From contig JBBRLQ010000011.1 of the NCBI GenBank assembly GCA_038231275.1, forward strand, positions 128,001 to 192,000: 64,000 bases of DNA, in the 5' to 3' direction. Below, in pieces: positions 1 to 9,708 of this stretch. Each line of letters opens with the position of its first letter. Position 1 is the first letter of the stretch. The stretch comes from Polyangiales bacterium (GTDB taxonomy: Bacteria; Myxococcota_A; Polyangia; Polyangiales; Polyangiaceae). Position numbers and translations under genes: made by a program. The notes under the pieces were generated by a model. It saw nothing but the letters and a program-made list of their open reading frames with translations, did not search any database and was not told the origin of the DNA.

Positions 1-1
1 C

Positions 2-664
2 GCCGACGAGATCAACCGCACGCCGCCGAAGACGCAGGCGGCGCTGCTCCAGGCGATGCAAGAGCGGCGCGTCACCGTCGGCACCACGACGCACGCGCTA
101 CCCGATCCCTTTCAAGTCTTCGCGACGCGCAACCCGATCGAGCAAGAAGGCACGTATCCGCTGCCCGAGGCGCAGCTGGATCGGTTCCTCCTCGAGATCC
201 ACATCGACTATCCGAGCGAAGAAGAGGAGCGCGAGATCGCGCGCAAGACGACGAGCGCCGATCTCGGCACGGTGCCGCGCGTGCTCTCGGCGGGCGACGT
301 GCGCGCGCTGCAGAGCCTGGTTCCGCGCGTGCCGGTCACCGAGCAAGCGGTGGCCCTCGCGGTGGCGCTGGGACGCGCCACGCGACCGGAGCGTCCAGGA
401 GAGCCGACGAACGGCGGCTCGCGCGTGCCCAAGGAGGTGCGCGAGTTCGTGCGCTTCGGCGCGGGCCCGCGCGGCTCGCAAGCGCTCGTGCTTGCGGCGA
501 AGGCGCGCGCGGCGCTGACCGGCCAGGCGGCCGCCGACGTCGACGACATACGCGCGATGGTCACGCCGGTCCTCCGCCACCGCCTCGTCTTGAGCTACCG
601 CGCCGAGGCCGAGGGCGTCCGCGACGTCGACGTCCTCGCCAAAGTGCTGGCCGCCTGCACGTGA
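2..664 (+). CDS. MoxR-family AAA+ ATPase (5'-truncated by window edge)
   Basis: Frame open from base 2: [57 protein letters not shown], all MoxR signature motifs. Confidence 0.93.
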   Translation, partial: ADEINRTPPKTQAALLQAMQERRVTVGTTTHALPDPFQVFATRNPIEQEGTYPLPEAQLDRFLLEIHIDYPSEEEEREIARKTTSADLGTVPRVLSAGDVRALQSLVPRVPVTEQAVALAVALGRATRPERPGEPTNGGSRVPKEVREFVRFGAGPRGSQALVLAAKARAALTGQAAADVDDIRAMVTPVLRHRLVLSYRAEAEGVRDVDVLAKVLAACT

Positions 665-718
665 TGCACTTGATTTCACTGGCCGTGGGGACCGCGCGGG
701 GCGACAATTCCTAGCACG

Positions 719-2203
719 ATGGGCGAAAAGGGTTCCGCGGCCGAGAGAGCGGAGAAGGCGCTCACGCCTACGCCGAGCATCGCCGAAAAGGAGCGCCCGT
801 CGAGCCCCAAGGGCGCGAGCGGCAAAGGCCCTCCCTCCATTCCGCCGCCGGCGCTCGACGATCTCGTGCAGACTGGCGAGCGTCCGTCCTTGCCCCCGCT
901 CCCCGCGGCCGGCCCGTGGCGAAGCTACAAGGAGATCGTGAGCGGCCTCGCCGCGCGAATCGTCGAAGGTCAAAAGCCCCTGCGCGTGCTCCAGGCCATC
1001 CGGTGGGACAACGCGGTCGAGGAGCAGTTCGTCAAGTCACGCTACCGCGAGCCGCCGAAGGTGGACGCCGCCTGGTACGCGGGTGTCGATCTCGGCTTCG
1101 ATCCGCGCGCGAAGACCGAGGAGTTCGAGGGGATCGCCCGCGACATCGACGCGCTCCTCGGCGAGGAGGACGCGGTCGGCGCGATCATGACCGAGACCGC
1201 GCTCCAGTACCGCGACGTCGTGCGCATGCTCGCCGCGCGCGGAACGCCTCATTTTTACGCCTATTCGCGCAAGCTGTACGGGTCCCCGAAGGACAAGTTC
1301 CCCGACGGGAAGCACACCGTGCGCGATCTCGGGCACGTCCTCTACGAGATCTTCACGAAGATCGACGACAAGGCGCTCGGCGTGCCGGCGCCCCGCGACA
1401 TCTCGGCGGAGGACGCGGCGAAGGAGCTGAGTGGCCGCTTCGCGTCGTACTTCGGCGACAACGCCGTGCGCGTGACCGCCGACGACTCGATCATCAGCGA
1501 TGCCGCAGCCGGCAGCGACTACGTTAAGGTCCGCACGGGCGCGCGCTTCTCGACGCGCGACATCGACATCCTCGAGGCGCACGAGGGTTGGGTGCACGTC
1601 GCGACGTCGATCAACGGGCAGCAGCAGGCGGTCGCCAAGTGGCTCGCGAAGGGGCCCCCGCGGACGACTGCGGTGCAAGAGGGCCTCGCCGCGCTGCTCG
1701 AGATCTTCACCTTCCGCACCTATCCGCGCCGCGCACGCAGGCTGAACGATCGCGTCATGGCGGTCGACAAGGCGGAGGACGGCGCGAGCTTCCTCCAAGT
1801 CTTCGACTGGTTCCGGACCGAGGGCTACGACGAAGAGGAGTGCTTCCACAACACTCGCCGCATCTTCCGCGGGGGCGTCATGGACGGCGGCGCGCCGTTC
1901 ACGAAGGACGCGTGCTACTGCAAGGGAATCGTCCTCAACTACGCCTTCATCCGGAGCGCGATCGAGCACAATCACCCCGAGCTGATCCCGTTTCTCTTCG
2001 TCGGAAAGGTCGCGCACGAGGACGTTCCGGTGCTCGCGCGCCGGGTGGCCGACGGCGTCGTGAGGCCGCCAAAATACCTGCCCCCGGTGTTCCGGGACCT
2101 CAACGGCCTGGCCATCTGGATGGCCTATTCGACCTTCTTCACCCGCCTCGGGGGAGAGGCCATCAGCGATTATTACGCCAAGCTCTTCGCGCGAACGGGC
2201 TAG
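719..2203 (+). CDS. QEGLA-motif protein (DUF1704 / MATCAP-like putative metallo-carboxypeptidase)
   Basis: AHEGWVH (HExxxH), TAVQEGLA, RIFRGG, FTKDACY motifs; low-complexity Pro-rich N-terminus. Confidence 0.85.
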   Translation: MGEKGSAAERAEKALTPTPSIAEKERPSSPKGASGKGPPSIPPPALDDLVQTGERPSLPPLPAAGPWRSYKEIVSGLAARIVEGQKPLRVLQAIRWDNAVEEQFVKSRYREPPKVDAAWYAGVDLGFDPRAKTEEFEGIARDIDALLGEEDAVGAIMTETALQYRDVVRMLAARGTPHFYAYSRKLYGSPKDKFPDGKHTVRDLGHVLYEIFTKIDDKALGVPAPRDISAEDAAKELSGRFASYFGDNAVRVTADDSIISDAAAGSDYVKVRTGARFSTRDIDILEAHEGWVHVATSINGQQQAVAKWLAKGPPRTTAVQEGLAALLEIFTFRTYPRRARRLNDRVMAVDKAEDGASFLQVFDWFRTEGYDEEECFHNTRRIFRGGVMDGGAPFTKDACYCKGIVLNYAFIRSAIEHNHPELIPFLFVGKVAHEDVPVLARRVADGVVRPPKYLPPVFRDLNGLAIWMAYSTFFTRLGGEAISDYYAKLFARTG

Positions 2204-2243
2204 CACGGTAGTCTCCTCCCGAACCCCACCCAGACACGCCCAA

Positions 2244-4373
2244 ATGATCACCATCCTACGAGGCCCGCGCGCGGCCCTCGCTCGATACGGCGTACCGAGC
2301 GATCTGACCATGCGCTGGGACGTCCCGCCGGACGCGCCTGCCTGGGCGGGCATGCGCGCCGTCACCGGACAGCTGCGCGCCGCGCTTGGCGATCAGACCG
2401 TGCAGGAGGCGCTGTCGACGGGCGACGCGGCGGCTCCGGCGGTGACGGTGAGCCTCGCGCTGCGGTCCATCGAGCCGCAGCTATCGGCCGTGCAGAAGCG
2501 CGCGCGCGATCTGGTGTCGGGCGCGACGCTCACGCAGTCGCCTACCGCGCATCCGCGGGGCACGCCGGTCGGGCGCGGGTGGGCGGCGATGTTCGCGCGT
2601 CTCGTCGAAGGGCGACGCGCCCTCATCATTGCCCCCGAGCTCGAACGCATCGACGTGACCACGCTGCGCGCGGCGCGAGCGTTGGTCCGAGGATCGTCCG
2701 GCGCCCTCTCGCTCCTCATCGGCCACGACACGCTGATCGCGCCGGCGGGTCCGTTCGAGTCGTGGCTCCGCAAGCTGAAGCTCCGTGAGGTGGCGCTGCT
2801 CGAGGCCCTGCCGGGCACCCACCTCGAGCGCATCGACTTGCGCAGCGAGCCGCTGATGGCGCGTCGCGGCACCGGCTTCGACGAGCGCGATCCTCGCAAC
2901 GTGGAGACGATGCGCGCGGCGTTCCATGCCTACGCGTTCGACACCGCGCTTCGCCTCGCGCTGGAGCTCTCTCCGAAGCTGGAGGGCGCGGACCTTCGCG
3001 AGGCCCACGCCCTCGCGGCGCTGAGCGCGATGAACCTCGACCCGCACGGCCGGGGCGACGACTTCGGCGTCGGCATGATGGAAGCGGGATTCTTGGGCGC
3101 GCTGGAAGGGGAGACCGATCCCAAGAAGCGCGCGCACTGGAGCTACCAGCTCAGCGTCGTCTTCGCGCGGGCGCGCGGCGAGATCGCGTCCGCGCTCAAG
3201 TACGGCGACCAGGCGGTGAAGGAAGCCGAGGCCGCGAAATCGAGCTACCTCGACGCGTGGGCGCGGCTCGGGCGCGCGCAGGCGAAGGTGATCGCGCAAC
3301 GCCCGGAGGAGGCGAGCGCCGACCTCGAGGCCGCGCTCGTTCGCCTGGACGATCCGGCCGCGCTGCGCGAGACGCCGCAGACGGATCTGGAGACCGCGCG
3401 CGCAGTCGTCGCGAACGAGCGCGCGCGCGTAGCGGCGCTCCTCGGTCGCCGCGACGATCTGCGGCACTACCGTCGCATCGCCGAGGCGCACGCCGTCGCG
3501 GTCAGCCCCGAGGATCGCCCGGGCTACGATTGGCTTGCCCCCGTCGACGACGAGCTGATGCCAACCGCAACGCGCGTCTACCACTCCGCGGAGCTCTCTC
3601 GGGCGCAGGCCGGCTTCGAGCCCGAGGACGAGTGCGCGGCGGCGCGCGCGCTGGCCGGAGCCGAGATGTGTCTCGGGGACGCGCCGGCCGCGAAGGATCA
3701 CCTGCGCGTCGCCACGCGAATCAGCGTCCTCTTGAAGCGGAGCCCCGATGAGATCTTCGCGCTGCAGCTCGCGTCGATCGTCGCCGCCGTGCGCGCCGGC
3801 GCGCATCAGGACGCGGAGCAGGAGCTCAGCATCGTCCGGAGCGATCCCCGCTGCGAGGGCGACGCCGCGCAGGCCGAGGCGCTCGCGATGCTGGCGCTCG
3901 TCGCGGCGAGCCGAAAGGACGTCGCGCTCGTCGTCGAGCGCACGAAGGCGGCGTGCGCGCAGGCGGACCGCAGCCAATCGCCGACGGCGGCGGTGCGCGT
4001 GAAGAAGGCCTCGGCCGACGCGCTCCTTGCAGTCGGCAAACGCACCGAGGCACGCGCGCTCGTCGAAGAGGCGCGAGGTGCGCTGGCGGACACGGCGGCG
4101 GACGACGCGTTCGGGGTGCTCGTCACTTTGCTCGCGGCGGGCGTGGACGACGATGAGGTGGTGGCCGACGCCGTCGCGCACGCGTCCGCGTCGCTCCCGG
4201 AGATGAGCGCGTGGTGGGAGCTCCCGCGCCTCCTTCCGCACGTGAAGCGAACGCTCGCGCGCGCCCCCGGAAAGATCGACGCTGCGGCGCTCACGGCGCT
4301 CATGTCGGCAGCGACCCAGCGGCCTGACTGCGCGGACCTCGTCGCGCAGATCCGCGCGCTCCCGGCCGCCTAA
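2244..4373 (+). CDS. Hypothetical protein, Ala-rich helical/TPR-like, possibly with a degenerate N-terminal NTPase-like region
   Basis: 709-aa ORF following the QEGLA gene; helical repeat-like segments; no intact Walker A. Confidence 0.6.
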   Translation: MITILRGPRAALARYGVPSDLTMRWDVPPDAPAWAGMRAVTGQLRAALGDQTVQEALSTGDAAAPAVTVSLALRSIEPQLSAVQKRARDLVSGATLTQSPTAHPRGTPVGRGWAAMFARLVEGRRALIIAPELERIDVTTLRAARALVRGSSGALSLLIGHDTLIAPAGPFESWLRKLKLREVALLEALPGTHLERIDLRSEPLMARRGTGFDERDPRNVETMRAAFHAYAFDTALRLALELSPKLEGADLREAHALAALSAMNLDPHGRGDDFGVGMMEAGFLGALEGETDPKKRAHWSYQLSVVFARARGEIASALKYGDQAVKEAEAAKSSYLDAWARLGRAQAKVIAQRPEEASADLEAALVRLDDPAALRETPQTDLETARAVVANERARVAALLGRRDDLRHYRRIAEAHAVAVSPEDRPGYDWLAPVDDELMPTATRVYHSAELSRAQAGFEPEDECAAARALAGAEMCLGDAPAAKDHLRVATRISVLLKRSPDEIFALQLASIVAAVRAGAHQDAEQELSIVRSDPRCEGDAAQAEALAMLALVAASRKDVALVVERTKAACAQADRSQSPTAAVRVKKASADALLAVGKRTEARALVEEARGALADTAADDAFGVLVTLLAAGVDDDEVVADAVAHASASLPEMSAWWELPRLLPHVKRTLARAPGKIDAAALTALMSAATQRPDCADLVAQIRALPAA

Positions 4374-4467
4374 GACCCTCGCGCCGGGGGAACGGACGAT
4401 CCGCCGACTGTGGTGGTTGGCGTAGGATTTGTTGGGCTAAGTGTCTCAAACTACAAAATACACACAT

Positions 4468-4483
4468 TGGCACACCAAGTGCG
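4468..4483 (+). promoter_or_regulatory. Candidate sigma54 (-24/-12) promoter of the chitosanase gene
   Basis: TGGCAC-ACCAA-GTGCG (GG 4469-70, N10, GC 4481-82), preceded by an unusually AT-rich tract (~4425-4467). Confidence 0.55.
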
Positions 4484-4496
4484 TATCGAGCGGACC

Positions 4497-5345
4497 ATGC
4501 TTCGACACGCCCTCCTCTTGCTCGTGCCGTTCGTAGTCGCGGCCTGCAGCGGCGCTGCGAACGTGGACGCGCCGTCCGCCGAGGATGAAGCGGCGACCGC
4601 CGAAGCCGCGGCTCACCCGGGATGGCTCGCGGGCGCAAAGAAGCGACGCGCCGAACAGCTGACCAGCCTCTTCGAGAACAGCACGCTCGCGCCGCAGTAC
4701 GACTACATCGAAGCGCTTGGCGACGGGCGCGGGTACACCGCAGGCCGCGCCGGCTTCACGAGCGCCACCGGCGACATGCTCGACGTCGTGAAACGGTACA
4801 CGCACGTCGCCTCCGGCAACCCGCTCGCGCGCTACCTCCCGCGCCTGGAGGTGCTTGCCAAGAACGAGGACGCCTCGATCGTCGGGCTCGAGGGCCTGCC
4901 TGCCGCGTGGGCCGAGGCGTCGAAGGACGCGCGCTTCCGCACGGTGCAGGATCACGTCGTCGACATCACGTACTTCGTCCCTGCGATGCACCACGCGGAC
5001 GCGATCGGCGCGAAGCTGCCTCTCTCTCGAGCCGTCCTCTACGACACGATCATCCAGCACGGCGACGGCGACGATCCCGACGGGCTCCCCGCGCTGCTCG
5101 AGGCCGCGCGTGCCGACGTGAAGGGGACACCGGCCACCGGCGTCGACGAGAAGGTGTGGCTGACCGCTTTCCTGAAGGTTCGACGCGCCGACCTCGCGCA
5201 CGCCTCGGACCCGAGCACGCGCGACGTGTGGGCGGAGTCGGTCGGGCGCGTCGACGTCCTCTCCGAGATCGCCAAGGCCGGAAACTACGCCCTGACCGGG
5301 CCGCTCCACGTGGCGTCGAAGGACTGGAACGCGACGATCCCCTGA
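4497..5345 (+). CDS. csn: Chitosanase, glycoside hydrolase family 46, lipoprotein
   Basis: LTSLFENST (catalytic Glu), YIEALGDGRGYTAGRAGF (catalytic Asp), YDTIIQHG; signal peptide with lipobox VAAC. Confidence 0.9.
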   Translation: MLRHALLLLVPFVVAACSGAANVDAPSAEDEAATAEAAAHPGWLAGAKKRRAEQLTSLFENSTLAPQYDYIEALGDGRGYTAGRAGFTSATGDMLDVVKRYTHVASGNPLARYLPRLEVLAKNEDASIVGLEGLPAAWAEASKDARFRTVQDHVVDITYFVPAMHHADAIGAKLPLSRAVLYDTIIQHGDGDDPDGLPALLEAARADVKGTPATGVDEKVWLTAFLKVRRADLAHASDPSTRDVWAESVGRVDVLSEIAKAGNYALTGPLHVASKDWNATIP

Positions 5346-5381
5346 GGTGCGCGCGACGCCCCGAAAAAAGGGCCGCGTCGC

Positions 5382-6176
5382 CTACCGGCCGTAAAAGTGG
5401 GGCTTGCGCTTGGCAGTGAAGGCGACGAGCCCTTCCTTCGCGTCCGACGACGCGAAGAGCTCCGCTTGCAGCTCGCGCTCGAGGGCGAGGCCTTGCTCGA
5501 GCGGCATTTCGCCGGCCGCCTGCGTGGCGCGCTTGATCCGGCCGACGGCGGCCGCCGCGCGGTTGGGAGGCGTGAACTCGTGCGCGTACGCCATCACCGT
5601 GCGCATGAAGCCTTCGTGCGTGGTCTCCGGGATGATCCTATTCACGAGGCCGAGCTCGTGGGCGCGCTCGACGTTCACCGTCTGCCCCTCGACCATCATC
5701 TCCATCGCCCGCCCCTTGCCGAGGAGGCGCGTGAGGCGTTGGGTGCCGCCGGTCCCGGGGAGGACGCCGAGGCTCACCTCGGGCAGCCCGAGCTGGTAGG
5801 TGCCCGCGCGCGCGACGCGCAGATCACAGGCGAGCGCGACCTCGAGCCCGCCGCCCACGCAGTGACCGTTGATCGCCGCGATGCAAAGCTTGGGCGTGCT
5901 CTCGAAGCGGAGCAGCGTCTCGTTCGCGTGGAGGCAGAAGTAGTATTTGAACGTGCTGTCGGCCTCCTTCAGCATGTTGATGTTGGCGCCGGCGCAGAAG
6001 TACTTGTCGCCGTGCCCGGTGATGACGAGGACGTGCACGTCGTTGTCGAAGCGCGCGTCGAGGATGCACGCGTCGAGCTCCTTGAACATCTCGTGCGTGT
6101 ACGCGTTCACGGGAGGATCGTTCAGCGTGAGGACGGCGACCCCTTTCTCCGTCGAGTAATTGACGAGCGTACCCAT
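5382..6176 (-). CDS. Enoyl-CoA hydratase/isomerase (crotonase) family protein
   Basis: FCAGANI, AAINGHCVGGGLEVALACDLR, LPEVSLGVLPGTGGTQRL; GAGGGG RBS before ATG 6176. Confidence 0.92.
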   Translation of the reverse strand: MGTLVNYSTEKGVAVLTLNDPPVNAYTHEMFKELDACILDARFDNDVHVLVITGHGDKYFCAGANINMLKEADSTFKYYFCLHANETLLRFESTPKLCIAAINGHCVGGGLEVALACDLRVARAGTYQLGLPEVSLGVLPGTGGTQRLTRLLGKGRAMEMMVEGQTVNVERAHELGLVNRIIPETTHEGFMRTVMAYAHEFTPPNRAAAAVGRIKRATQAAGEMPLEQGLALERELQAELFASSDAKEGLVAFTAKRKPHFYGR

Positions 6177-6295
6177 GTGGCATTTCCCCTCGATCGAGCG
6201 AGACCAGAAGCGTCGTGAAGCGTGTGTGCGAGCTATACCTATAGACCCGTCCCTTTGGAATGGCGTAGCCGCCGTCCCATCGTACACTCGAGGGG

Positions 6296-6502
6296 ATGGG
6301 GCGTTCGCGTCTCGCGGGTTCGATTCTGGTCGTCGCGCCGTGGGTGCTCGCCCTCGTCGGGGCGCTGCTCCTCACGCGGGAGCTGTCGCCGCCCAAGGCC
6401 GGCTCGCAGGTCTCGCCGCCGGCGGCCGACAGCCCCAAGGCGGAGCCCCCCCGTCACAAGGAAGAGGTCGTCTTCCAGCCCTGGGAGCACGTCTCCACCT
6501 GA
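6296..6502 (+). CDS. Small single-pass membrane protein
   Basis: 68 aa; hydrophobic ILVVAPWVLALVGALLL segment; TACACT 7 nt before ATG. Confidence 0.55.
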   Translation: MGRSRLAGSILVVAPWVLALVGALLLTRELSPPKAGSQVSPPAADSPKAEPPRHKEEVVFQPWEHVST

Positions 6503-6551
6503 CGCCCCTCGCCGCCTGCGCGGCGATCTGTGCTACGTGGTCGACTCGAAC

Positions 6552-6824
6552 ATGGATCTGCGCAGCGAGATCAAGGGGCTCATCGTCACGGAGCTGAACC
6601 TGGTGGGGCGTGATCCAAGCACCATCGGCGACGACGCGCCGCTCTTCGGAGAAGGGAGCCTGGGCCTCGACTCGCTCGACGCCCTGCAGCTCGCGATGAG
6701 CCTGGAAGAGCGCTTCGGGGTCCGCGTGCCGGAGGGCGAGGAGGCGAGGCCCGTGTTCCGTTCGGTGGCCGCCCTCGCGGAGTTCGTGGAACGCGCGCGG
6801 GGGGCAGCGGCGGGCGGGACGTGA
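6552..6824 (+). CDS. Acyl carrier protein (type II PKS / aryl-polyene-like)
   Basis: LFGEGSLGLDSLDALQL with phosphopantetheine Ser; 90 aa; overlaps the downstream KS start (GTGA). Confidence 0.92.
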   Translation: MDLRSEIKGLIVTELNLVGRDPSTIGDDAPLFGEGSLGLDSLDALQLAMSLEERFGVRVPEGEEARPVFRSVAALAEFVERARGAAAGGT

Positions 6825-8965
6825 CCGCGCGCGTCGTCGTGACGGGCGTAGGTCTCCAGACCGCGCTCGGGGCCGATGTCCCTTCGACATGGGCGAGGCT
6901 CGTCCGCGGCGAGCGCGCGCTCGGGCCCGTGACGTTGTTCGACACCGAGGGCTTTCGCGCGCGCATCGGCGGCGAGGTGCGGACGCCGCTCGCGGAGGGG
7001 CACAAGGACGATCCCTCGTGGTCGCGAACGACGGCGATGGCGATGGCGGCGGCGCGCGAGGCGATCGAGGGCGCGGGGCTCACGCGTCGTCCCGAAGCGA
7101 TGCGCGTCGGCTTGGTCGTCGGCGGGACCGTCGGCGGCATGTTCGAGACCGAGGACCTCCTCGCGCGGTTCCACTCCGAGCCCGGCGCGCGTGAGGTGCT
7201 CGCGCGCATGCTCTCGCACCCGCTCACCGCCACTTCGGATCGTCTCGAGCGCGATCTCGGTCCGTTCGTGCGCGTGCGCACGCTCTCCTCGGCGTGCTCG
7301 GGCGGCGCCAACGCGCTGGTCGTCGGCGCGACCTGGCTGGTACTCGGGCTCGTGGACGCGGTGATCGCCGGCGCGAGCGACGCGTTGTGTCGGCTGACGT
7401 GGAGCGGCTTCAACGCGCTCGGCGCGATGGATCCCGAGCCGTGCCGCCCCTTCGATATGCGTCGCCGCGGCCTCTCTCTCGGAGAAGGCGCCGGCTTCGT
7501 CGTCCTCGAGCGCGATCAGGGGGCGCGCGCGCGCGGCGCGGCTGCGATCGTGGAGCTCGCGGGGTGGGCGATCGGGAGCGAGGCGCACCACGTCACGAAC
7601 CCCGAGGCCAGCGGCGCGGTGCCGGCGCGACTCTTCGGCGAGGCCCTCGCGCGCGCGCGACTGCGGCCGGCCGACGTGGACTACGTGAACGCGCACGGCA
7701 CCGGCACGCCGCTCAACGACGCGATGGAGACGCGCGCGCTCGCGACGGCCCTCGGCGCGGAGCTCAAGCGCGTGCCCGTCTCGAGCACCAAAGGACAGCT
7801 TGGGCACACGCTGGGGGCGGCGGGCGCGATCGAGGCGATCGTCGGCGCGCTGGCGATCCGCGATGGGGTGGTGCCTCCGACCGGCGGCCTGGAGACGCCC
7901 GATCCTGCGTGCGCGCTGCGTCACGTGATCGGCGCGGGGGAGGCGTGCGACGTCGGTGTGGTCGTCTCGAACTCGTTCGGGTTCGGCGGAATGGACGCGG
8001 TGCTGGTGCTCACGGCGCCCGGGCGGGCAGACGCTCCGCGCGCCACGAAGGAGCGGCGCGTCGTGGTCACCGGCGTCGCGCGCGCATCCGCCGAGCTGCC
8101 GGGCACACGCATGCTGAGCGCGGTCGAGTCGGAGCTCGATCCTGCGCGTGCGCGTCGACTCGACCGCCCCTCGCGCATCGCGACTGCGCTGTCGGTGCGC
8201 GCGCTCGGGACGGCGAGCCCCCTCGCGCCCAGCGGACGCGCCGGGATCGTCCTCGGGAGCGCGTTCGGCAGCGTCGACGGATCCTGCGCCTTCATGCACC
8301 GCCTCTTCGAGAAGGGGCCGCGCCTGGTGAGCCCCGCCGATTTTCCCAACCTGGTGCCGAGCGGGCCGGTCGGCCACGCGTCGATCTACCTCGAGCGCCG
8401 CGGCCCCGCCCTCGCCGTGGCAGATCTCGGCGCGAGCGGTGAGTCGGCGATCGCGCAAGGCCTCGAGCTGATCCAATCGGGAGACGCCGATCAAATCGTG
8501 GCCGGAGCGTTCGAGGAGGCGAGCGACATCGTCGACCGCGTCCTCATCGCGCTCTTCGCGGCGGCGCACCCGTCGTCGGCCGTGCGTACCGAGGGGGCCG
8601 GCGTGCTGGTCCTCGAGGACGAGGAGACGGCGCGCGTGGCCGGCACCACCGTCCTCGCGCGCCTCGAGTCGGTCACGGTCGGGCGTGGAGATCGCCCGTC
8701 GGTACGGCCGCCCCGCAATCCGAGCCGCGCGCGGATCGTCGCGGCGTATGCGGATGCCGCGGTCGCGAACGTCGTCGCAGGCACGCCATGGGAGCCCGTT
8801 ACGCGCATCGGGGTCGGTACCACGGCGGGCGATCACGAGGCGCTCGGAGCCATCGCCGCGTGCGTGGCGGTCGAGCTCCTGTCGAAGGGGGACGAAGTCG
8901 ACGAGGCGCTCGTCCTGTGCGCCGACCCGCCGCGAGGATACGCTCTGCTGCTGACCCGTCCGTGA
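6821..8965 (+). CDS. Beta-ketoacyl-ACP synthase (FabF-like KS) fused to a C-terminal chain-length-factor-like domain
   Basis: N-domain catalytic triad SAC*SGG, NAH*GTGT, KGQLGH*TLGAAG, SNSFGFGG; C-domain VVVTG...RRLDR...SPADFPNLV...ADLGASG with no catalytic Cys. Confidence 0.9.
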   Translation: MTARVVVTGVGLQTALGADVPSTWARLVRGERALGPVTLFDTEGFRARIGGEVRTPLAEGHKDDPSWSRTTAMAMAAAREAIEGAGLTRRPEAMRVGLVVGGTVGGMFETEDLLARFHSEPGAREVLARMLSHPLTATSDRLERDLGPFVRVRTLSSACSGGANALVVGATWLVLGLVDAVIAGASDALCRLTWSGFNALGAMDPEPCRPFDMRRRGLSLGEGAGFVVLERDQGARARGAAAIVELAGWAIGSEAHHVTNPEASGAVPARLFGEALARARLRPADVDYVNAHGTGTPLNDAMETRALATALGAELKRVPVSSTKGQLGHTLGAAGAIEAIVGALAIRDGVVPPTGGLETPDPACALRHVIGAGEACDVGVVVSNSFGFGGMDAVLVLTAPGRADAPRATKERRVVVTGVARASAELPGTRMLSAVESELDPARARRLDRPSRIATALSVRALGTASPLAPSGRAGIVLGSAFGSVDGSCAFMHRLFEKGPRLVSPADFPNLVPSGPVGHASIYLERRGPALAVADLGASGESAIAQGLELIQSGDADQIVAGAFEEASDIVDRVLIALFAAAHPSSAVRTEGAGVLVLEDEETARVAGTTVLARLESVTVGRGDRPSVRPPRNPSRARIVAAYADAAVANVVAGTPWEPVTRIGVGTTAGDHEALGAIAACVAVELLSKGDEVDEALVLCADPPRGYALLLTRP

Positions 8966-9708
8966 GCCCGTCGCCGAAGCGCCTCGCCCTTCTTCTCCTC
9001 ACCGCGCTCGCCAGCGCAGGCTGCGCCGCTCCACGCGCCGCGCCGCCGACGGTCTCGCAGAAGGATTGGTCGAGCGCCCGCGAACGCCTCGCGTGGATGC
9101 GCTCCACGGAGAGCGAGCGGCCCTACGCCGTCCAGCTTCGTGTCGCGATGCGCGAGCCGTGGACGGGGCGATCGATCGAGTCGCGCGGCGCCCTCGCCGT
9201 GCAGCCGCACCAGGCCGCGCGACTCGTCCTCCTCGGGCCTGCCGGCGGCACCGCGCTCGACATGTGGCTCACGCGCGAGAAGTGGTCGTTCAACGTGCCG
9301 GCCGCCGACTTCAAGAAGAAGGGCGGCGTCGATCCGGCGGCGGCGCACGGCCTGCCGATCGGATTCTTCCGCTGGTGGTTCCTCGATCCCCTGGAGGGGC
9401 GCCTCCTCACGGCGTCCACCGCCGGGCAGAGTCGGACCTTCGTGCTGCGCGCCGGCGACGGCACGATCACGCTGAGCGAGTCGCGAGAGCGCGGCAAAGA
9501 GCGCGTGGTGGCGCGGCGGCGCGCGGCCGACGAGCTCGAGGCGATCGAGTGGGTCGGCCGCGGCCTGTCGCCGCACGCCGGCGACCGCGCGAAATACGTG
9601 CAGGATGCAACCGGTCTCGTGGTCGAGGTGCTGGTGGAGTCGGTGTCGCCCGATGAGCCCGATCCCGCCGCGTTCCTCGATCCCGACGATCCGGGTGTCG
9701 CGCTGTGA
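8962..9708 (+). CDS. Lipoprotein, possibly LolA/LolB-like lipid-carrier fold (DUF4292-like)
   Basis: GTG overlaps the KS stop; lipobox LASAGC; beta-strand-rich mature part; fold is inference. Confidence 0.65.
   Translation: MSPSPKRLALLLLTALASAGCAAPRAAPPTVSQKDWSSARERLAWMRSTESERPYAVQLRVAMREPWTGRSIESRGALAVQPHQAARLVLLGPAGGTALDMWLTREKWSFNVPAADFKKKGGVDPAAAHGLPIGFFRWWFLDPLEGRLLTASTAGQSRTFVLRAGDGTITLSESRERGKERVVARRRAADELEAIEWVGRGLSPHAGDRAKYVQDATGLVVEVLVESVSPDEPDPAAFLDPDDPGVAL

Noticed and set aside
5350..5381. Intrinsic terminator between the convergent chitosanase and crotonase genes
   Set aside because: The GCGACGC/GCGTCGC stem is present, but the A-run is in the loop rather than flanking, so it is not a canonical terminator
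5382..6176. Crotonase as part of the KS-ACP cluster (beta-branching cassette)
   Set aside because: Divergent, separated by another gene, and no HMG-CoA-synthase-like gene or Cys-less stand-alone KS is present
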